The notes under the pieces are model-generated. The model was given only the letters and a program-made list of their open reading frames with translations, made no database searches and was not told the DNA's origin. A stretch of 62,942 nt of DNA, counting the filler, from Conidiobolus incongruus B7586 (Eukaryota), in the NCBI GenBank assembly GCA_000697335.1. It is 30 parts of 30 records of this genome, joined end to end, with 100 filler letters (N's around TTAATTAATTAA, not from the genome) between each part and the next. Parts side by side here need not be neighbours in the genome. Positions count along the whole stretch, not along the records: positions 55,146 to 57,823 come from JNEM01004381.1; positions 57,924 to 61,477 come from JNEM01004383.1; positions 61,578 to 62,942 come from JNEM01004393.1; 27 more parts are not named here. One strand, written 5' to 3'. The position numbers and the translations under genes are program-made. Below, piece by piece: positions 55,046-62,942 of the stretch; position 1 is the first letter of the stretch, and every line of letters starts with the position of its first letter.

Positions 55046-56279
55046 NNNNNNNNNNNNNNNNNNNNNNNNNNNNNNNNNNNNNNNNNNNNTTAATTAATTA
55101 ANNNNNNNNNNNNNNNNNNNNNNNNNNNNNNNNNNNNNNNNNNNNTTTAAATTAAAAAGTAAAATTAATCTCTTTTTATAATATCTAATTTATTTATTTA
55201 ATTTATCAAATTAAATATTCCAATTTGATAAAACCTAATAATTTTAATATTAATAATTTTAATCTTAAAATAATAGTTACATTTATATTCTTATTAAATA
55301 TTTAAATAAGTTAGTTTAATTAAAAATTGTTTTTTTAAATAATAAAAGAGATTACTTTGATATAAAAAATATATAATTTTAATAATTTCTATTAGTATTC
55401 TTATATTGATTTGAAATTTGAATTATATTATTTTGGAAAGTAATATTATATTTTATTTCTTTTTTTTTCAATATTTGGTAATTTTCAAATATCAAATATA
55501 TATAAATATTTAATTATGATTTTTTATTATAAGATCTTTAATTTAAAATCCAGGATAAATTTTAATAATATTTGAATTAAATATTGATTTTTTTAGTATT
55601 TTTTTAATATCAGTAAAACTCAACTGGAATATTTTAAAAATTATTTAAAATTTATAAAAATCTTAAAAATATAATTTTTTAATGATATTTAATATTTATC
55701 ATTAAATTAGCCAATTTTAATATAAAAGTTATATTATTTAGAATTTAACCAAATTTAAATATTTTTTTATTATTATTTATTCTTTAATAAATATAATTAA
55801 AAAATATTAAAAAATATTTATTTTTGAAAGAAATCTATTTAAGTATTTTAATATCAATCCTATGAATAATATATATATATTAAATCTTAAATTCAATTTA
55901 ATCAATAAAAATATATAATTAATAGATTATATTTACTAAAAATTCAAAAAATAATAGAATATCTATAATTAAGCAAAATATATTAAAATATTATCAAAAT
56001 AAAATATCTTATATAAATATACTAATATTGATTAATCTTAAATTCATATATATAATCTTTTATCAAAAAATTAAATAATATATCTAATTAGGCTAAAATA
56101 GCCCATTTGATATATTTATTAAATCAATAATATTTTGATAAATAAATATTAATTATTTGAATAGATTCTAGAAATATATGTCTTTTGTATATAATTTATA
56201 AATATAAATTATTAAATAAAAGTTAAATATTGCTTTTATAAATAATATAATTTTTAATTAATGTTTTTATCATAAATAA

Positions 56280-56460
56280 AAAATACCTATTATTTTGTAT
56301 AATATTATACTATATAAATAAAACTTTAAATTTTTTTTATATAAAATTTGAAAAAAGTTATTATATCTAAATTTATTGACCAAATTAGAGTCTATTTAAT
56401 AATAATTATTTTGTTAATTAAAAAATAAATTTATAAGGAAAAAATCTTTACCACTAAATT
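56280..56460 (+). mobile_element. Old mariner fragment (catalytic region)
   Basis: CCTATTATTTTGTATAATATT (PIILHDN-like) and downstream match to 8450-8620. Confidence 0.55.
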
Positions 56461-56466
56461 AAATTA

Positions 56467-57778
56467 TTACTCTGTATTCTAAATAATGGGATTTTTTTGT
56501 AATTAAAGATAAATAAACTTTTTAATATATAATATATAAAAATAAATATATAATATAAATTTAATAATTTTTATAATTATTAATAACTTTTTGCTATATT
56601 TTTAGCAACCTTCTAATACTTAAAAATATTTCTTTTTATCAAGATCTGAAATTTGATAATTTATAAATTAATTAAATTTTCCTAAAAAGATTTTCTTTCT
56701 TTTAAGCTAGTATTTTAATTACCAAAAGCAATTATAATTATATAGGTTATAATATAAAAAATATACTAAATATGATAGTTGTTTCTAGTTTCTTAATATT
56801 AGAAAAATTTTTATAACTTTTGATAAATATATTTTCCAAATATTACACAAAATAATAAGTCTATTTAAATTATATTAAAAACAATAATTAAAAATACTTT
56901 TGTTTAAAAAAATAATATAAAGCTTATTATTAATTGATTTTCTTTCAGGAATTAAATAGAAATAGTGTATACAATTATAATCCATTATAATAATTAATAT
57001 TTGCTTATTAACAAAATACTTATTTAAAGAGATTTATAAAGAGGGTTAATTTAGATTAATCTATAATTATAAATTTTGTTTTGATAAAGGATTATACTTA
57101 AAGATTCAAGATTCATCAATTGTAGTTATTTAATATAGAAATTTAAGTTTCTAGAATTATTTCATTAAGTTTTATTTAATAATATCTATTTTAATTTTTT
57201 TCTAAATTTTAGTTAAATTATAAAATACCATTTTATATTTTTATTTATTAATTTGAGCTTAATTTTTAATATAAATAGAATTCTTATAAAATTATTATTA
57301 TTATTATATCTGAATAATTCTTTAGCTTAAATAAAAAGATAGTTTTTTATATATTTTTTTATTTCATTAATATTTAAATAATTTATAATTAAATTTAATT
57401 TTTTAAATTTTGGTAAGTTTTAGATAATTTCTCTCTTAGCCTTAAAATTTTTTATCTAACAATAAATAGTTGATTTATATTATACTACATTATCAAAAGC
57501 TACTTGTAAATTTTAAATAATTTATAATATTTATGGTAAAAGTTTTATTAATACTAAAATAAAATACTTATAATAATCACTATTTAATTTAACAATAATT
57601 AAATTAAAAAACTAAATTTAAAAAATAAATTTTTTAATCTTAATAAATATTATTTATATAACTAATTTAAAAATATATAACCTCTTATTTATTTTATATA
57701 TATCTGTTTATTTAAAATTAATGATATATTTGAAAAATTAAGAATTAAAAAATTTCCCATTAACTTATTTTTAAGATA
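56467..57778 (-). mobile_element. Mariner transposon, full length, degenerate
   Basis: TA|TTACTCTGTATTCTAAATAATGGGATTTTTT ... AAAAAATTTCCCATT; ~1.31 kb; collinear with the other copies. Confidence 0.88.
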
Positions 57779-57923
57779 TTAAATTAAATGAATAAAATTT
57801 CAAATTTTAATAAAAAATAATTTNNNNNNNNNNNNNNNNNNNNNNNNNNNNNNNNNNNNNNNNNNNNTTAATTAATTAANNNNNNNNNNNNNNNNNNNNN
57901 NNNNNNNNNNNNNNNNNNNNNNN

Positions 57924-60418
57924 CTTGTAATTTTTATTTAATTTATCAATTCACTTTTTAATTATATTTTAATTACTTTATTATTATTTATCATAATAAT
58001 ATCTTAATCTATTTAAAAATTAAAGAAGAATATATTTAATATGTTAATTAAATTTTACAAATTATTTAAGAATATAAACTATTTTTAAAATTTTAAAACA
58101 TATTTTTAGTGCTTTTTTTATCTTTTTCTATAGTTATATTATTTTTTTCTTAAGGAATTAAGATTAATTTAATTAAACTTAATAATGTAAAAGTTTTTAT
58201 TATATTTATAAACAAAGATTAATTTATATTTATATTTAAATTATCAAATTTTTTTAAAGATTTCACTTATTCATTTATTAAATTTATAGCTTTTCTAACT
58301 AATCTCTTAAGGAAAAATTTATTTTTTGAATAAACTCTACTATATACTTTTCATATAAATGTTTTCATTTTTTATTTTATTAATATTTTATCCTATTTAA
58401 TTTTGATTTTCAATTACCTATTATTATTTTTACTAATTTATTTTTTTTAATTAGTAGATAGTTAACTTTATTTAAATTTAATTTATATTGTATTTTTAAT
58501 TATAAGATGAAATAATAAATCAAACAGAATAAGTTGAGTTTAATTTTATAAATATTATATTCAAGTTAATAATATTTTAATTAAGAAAAATAAAACTAAC
58601 TAAACTAAAATATCTAGTTTATAAATAAATACTTTTTGCTTTAATAAAAATAATCAAAAATCATTCATATTTCTTATTTACAATTTTTTTTAATATTTAC
58701 AAACTATAAATTACTTATTTATTTAAATACTCAGAAGTATTTATTAAGAAAATAAATTAATTAGATTAAAACAATCTAAGTACACCTTTTTTTATCTAAT
58801 ATCTCCTTGGTTTATAAAATTATATTATAGATATTTTGTTAAAAATTCTTATATATTTATCTTTTTATTCTAATTATAAAAACCCAGCAAATATTAAATA
58901 AATGATTATTAATAAAGGATATTAAAGATTTATTAAATTATTTTAAAAAAGATTACTAAATAATAATTTCTGTATTTTAATTAAAGAAGAGCTTTTTAAA
59001 TTATTAAAAAACTAATTAAAATATGTTAAAATATTTAAAACTATTGATGACCTATTATATTATAATAATTATTTATATATCCCTAATATTATTAAAATTT
59101 AATATGCAATATTTAATAAATGCTATAACTTACTTATTAAAAGATATTAAAACTAGTTAAAGATTGTTAAAATAATTAAAACAAGGTATTACTAGCTTTT
59201 TTAATTAAATTAATTTAGAAATATATTAATACTTATAATATATATTAAAAAATTAAATATAATATCTAATTAAAATATGGTAAACATATTGTTTTATAAA
59301 TTTTTAATAAAATTTAATAATAAATCTAACTTAATTTCATAAAAACTTTTATATTAACAAATAGTTATAATAATTTATTAATTGTAATTTATTCATTCTT
59401 TAAATTTATTTTTTTTATTTTTTATTTTTAAACTTTTATAGCCAAAGATATTATATAACTATTATTTTTTAATATTTTTACCTATTATAAAATTCCACAA
59501 ACTATTATATTTAACAAAGATATATAATTCAATTATTTATTTTAAAAGTTATTATTTTTTTCCTTTAAGATTAATCTAAGTATATCTATTATTAATCATT
59601 ATTATATTAATAAACTTGCTAAAAAACTATTAAAACTTTATAACAAATAATTATAACTTATATTAACACTAATAAATTAAATTAAGATATTTATATTAAT
59701 TAATTTTAAAGTTTATTTAATATTTTTATTAATAAATCAATTGTTTTTAGCTTTTATTTTATTAATTATAATAAACATCCTAATTTAATAATTGTTTTAA
59801 AATTTTAAATTAATTTATCTTTAGATATTATTAAATTTTTATCTAATATCAAATATATTAATTCCTTTATTAAATTTAATTTGAAAGAAAATTAAAGGAT
59901 CATAAAACAATAATATTAAAAGTTATCTAAAAATCCATTTAAATATAAAACTAGTATGTTTATATATTTAAAATATTTTCCCTTTAAACTTATCTTACTT
60001 AAATCTAGTTTAAATCTAAAATACTTATTATTAAATTATAACTCCTATAAAATTTAATCTATCAATTTAAATTTCAAAAATATTATCTTAGAAATATCTT
60101 TAATTTTGAGGATTAACTTTACCTTTCATATATCTAAAATCCAACCTTATTTTAAAGATTTTAAAAAAATTTTTAATTAATTACAAGCCTTAAAACTAAA
60201 TTTAATTATTAATTAGGATAAAAAGGAAAAATATCATATAAATTACATAATGAAATCTAAATTTGTTATAAATATGTTTTATTTCTATATATAATAAATA
60301 GGTTGTTAAATTAAAAAATTATATAAGAACCTTTAGAAAATATTAAGAATATTTTTGCCTATTATACTTATTTGTAAAAATCTAAAAAATATGTCTTTTT
60401 TAAAAAACCTATAAAAAA
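57924..60418 (+). mobile_element. Ty3/Gypsy family C (chromovirus) pol remnant: RT - RNase H - integrase - chromodomain
   Basis: YHNNILIY (YxDDILIY) 57989-58012, LTNLLRKN..FE*T, integrase YKIPQTIIFNKD.*F...F* and STxxH..DG..E remnants ~59485-59640, RINFTFHISKIQPY ~60108-60150, chromodomain I*EPLENIK (TWEP.ENI) ~60321-60347. Confidence 0.9.
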
Positions 60419-60815
60419 TATTAAGAGACTAATTTTTTAAATATATATATATATATTTCAATATAATTTAATTAACTATAAATTATATAATTAATTTACA
60501 TTTTTATAACTAAATCAATTATATAAATAATATTAAATTATCTAATAAATTAGGTTTTTTTCTTTTAATTGTTACTATTTCTTATCTCTTTTGTTATTTT
60601 TAAAATTAAGATTATATCTTATTAATATTATAGTATATTAGCGCCACCTAATATAAATTTTCATATATCAGTGACTTATCCTAGTTTGAAGCTTAATTAA
60701 ACTTTGTTTATATTTATACACTATAGCTATATTATAGTATTATATTTTATATTATATTACTTATAAATTAATATCTTCCTTTATATTATATTGATATTTT
60801 ACCATTATATTTATA
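60419..60815 (+). repeat. Putative 3' LTR of Gypsy family C
   Basis: Follows a purine run; 60475-60815 matches 27212-27545. Confidence 0.65.
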
Positions 60816-60945
60816 AATTAAATTAGTTTGTAAAATATTAAATTTTAGTTTTTAATTAAAAAAAACTATTTTTTAAGTATTAAAAGCTTGCCAAAAATAT
60901 AAAAGAAGTTACTAATAATAAAAAAAGCTATTAGTTTTATATTAT
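60816..60945 (+). mobile_element. Mariner 3' fragment
   Basis: Matches 51438-51560. Confidence 0.7.
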
Positions 60946-60999
60946 TTATTATTTTTTATATATTATTTATTAATTTATTTTTTTAATTTTCATTTTAAA

Positions 61000-61386
61000 A
61001 TTATATTATTATTTAAATTCTATATTAATATTTTTATATAAATTTTATGTTAATATAGACATTATTTATATTTTAAGAAAAAACACACTTAACTAAAAAA
61101 ATCTTTATATAAAGATAAATAAAAATTTAAATATTATTATTAATATTAAACTAAAAGAAATTAAAATAATATTATTGAATTTTATAAATAGATATATATT
61201 TTAATTAATCTGATAAAAAAGTTAAAAATTTTAAAAAAGATATAGAATTACTTTTTAACTATTATATTAATTTAAATAAAAAATAAATTAGTAAGCTATT
61301 TATTATTTAAAAATATATATTATTTTTAAATATATAATATCTTTATAAAATTAATATAGAAATTAATATTAAAATTTATTAAACTA
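61000..61386 (+). mobile_element. Tc1 transposase fragment interrupted by mariner
   Basis: TTAAGAAAAAACACACTTAACTAAAAAAATC (KKKHPQL) and downstream region match 5160-5470. Confidence 0.75.
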
Positions 61387-61477
61387 TTACTCTACATTTT
61401 TAATAATGGGAATTTTTTGTGATTAAAAATAAATAAACATTTGAATATATAATATATAAAAATAAATATATAATATA
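61387..61477 (-). mobile_element. Mariner terminal fragment
   Basis: TA|TTACTCTACATTTTTAATAATGGGAATTTTTT. Confidence 0.8.
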
Positions 61478-61577
61478 NNNNNNNNNNNNNNNNNNNNNNN
61501 NNNNNNNNNNNNNNNNNNNNNTTAATTAATTAANNNNNNNNNNNNNNNNNNNNNNNNNNNNNNNNNNNNNNNNNNNN

Positions 61578-62942
61578 ATTTTTAATATCTAAAAAATAAT
61601 TTTTTTATTAAAGATTGAAATTTAATATTTTATAAATTAATTAAATTTTTTTGCAAAAAAATTTTTTTATAAGCTAGTTTTTTAATTAATTAAAGTAATT
61701 ATATTTATATAGGTTAAAATCTAAAAAATATAATAACAATAGTAGTTTTTTTTAATTATTTTTAATTAGAAAATTTTCTAAAACTTTAAATTTATATATT
61801 TTAGAACTATTATACAATATAATAGGTTTTCTCAAATTATATTATAAATACCAATTAAAAATAATTTTATTTATAAAGTTATATAAAAATTATTATTAAT
61901 TGATTTTTCTTTAAATCTAAATAAAAATAATATATATTATTATAATCTATTATAAAAATTAATATTTATTTATTAACAAAATATTTATTTAATAGGATTT
62001 ATAAAGGAGGTTAATTTAGCTAAATTTAACATTTAGATTTTTGTTTTAATAAAGGATTATATATAAATAATAAAGAATAATCCTGTTAATTACTCAAAAA
62101 ACTCCAATTACCATAGGATTTAAGAAGTCACATTGGAGATATTATATCCCATGAATTAGTTGATCCTATTATTTTTTGCTTATAAGTCATTTAGATCCAC
62201 AAAAATCAATAATGGAATTTAATATAAAATTATTATAAACAAATTAATAAATATATCTTTTATTTTTATTTTCAAAAGTATATAATCTCTAAGTTTTTTT
62301 ATAACCCCCACAAAAATATTAAGTTATGATAAATATAAGATATTTATTTTATTCAAAAAACTCAATTTATAGCAAATCATTTTCACCTACTTTGGTGAAC
62401 CCTAATTATTTCCCTTAATTCTATGGTAATTTATTGTTTACCACTGGTGATTCCCTGTTTAAGCTTGTAAAACTCACTGTTATCAGTGTTAACCCCTAAA
62501 ATAAAGATTTACAATATATCAATTATAATTATTTGTTATAAAAACTTAGTTTTCTATAAATATTTTAATAAATTATGTTTAGTAATAAATATATTAGTTT
62601 TTTATAAAAATTTAGTTAAATTATAAAATTTTTATTATATTTTTAATTATTAATTTAAGTTTAAATTTTAAAATATATAAAATAATTATAAAACTAATAT
62701 TAAAATATTTAGATAGTTTTCTAATTAAAATAAAAAGGTTTTTTTTGATATATTTTTTCATTATATTAATATTTAAAAGAATAATAATTAAAGTTTGTTT
62801 TATAAATTTTAACAGGTTTTATATAATTTTTTTTAATTTTAAAGTAATTTACACAAAAATAAATAATAATTTTAAAAAATTTATGATTAAGTTTTATTGA
62901 AATTAATTGAAAATATTTTTAATAATTATTTTGGTTTATATA
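61578..62942 (-). mobile_element. Mariner transposon, partial, carrying a ~420-bp foreign insertion
   Basis: Collinear with 95-960 except for 62077-62499. Confidence 0.83.
62077..62499. other. Unclassified structured insertion within mariner
   Basis: Absent from other mariner copies; flanked by AATAAAGA at 62069-62076 and 62500-62507; contains internal inverted repeats. Confidence 0.65.

Noticed and set aside
1..62942. Organellar or endosymbiont origin suggested by the AT content
   Set aside because: No rRNA, tRNA or respiratory genes seen; the content is nuclear TEs and eukaryotic secretory-pathway genes.

Overview
Extremely AT-rich eukaryotic DNA made of 30 contigs joined by 29 artificial 100-bp spacers (N44-TTAATTAATTAA-N44), so adjacency across spacers is not trustworthy. 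Most of the window is a graveyard of nested, hypermutated transposons that I decoded by manual translation. It holds about 15 copies or fragments of a ~1.57-kb Tc1 (DD34E) element with long IR/DR ends, about 17 copies or fragments of a ~1.3-kb mariner (DD34D) element, and three distinct Ty3/Gypsy retrotransposons, two of them with chromodomains. All are inactivated almost entirely by C->T/G->A transitions concentrated at CpA/TpG and CpG, with few indels, which is a RIP-like signature. One 7.7-kb unique contig carries two intact intronless genes, a secreted M14A zinc carboxypeptidase and a class A (rhodopsin-like) 7TM receptor. These genes suggest, by inference only, an early-diverging entomophthoralean fungus such as Conidiobolus or a relative. 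If so, the RIP-like repeat-targeted mutator is the most interesting system here.
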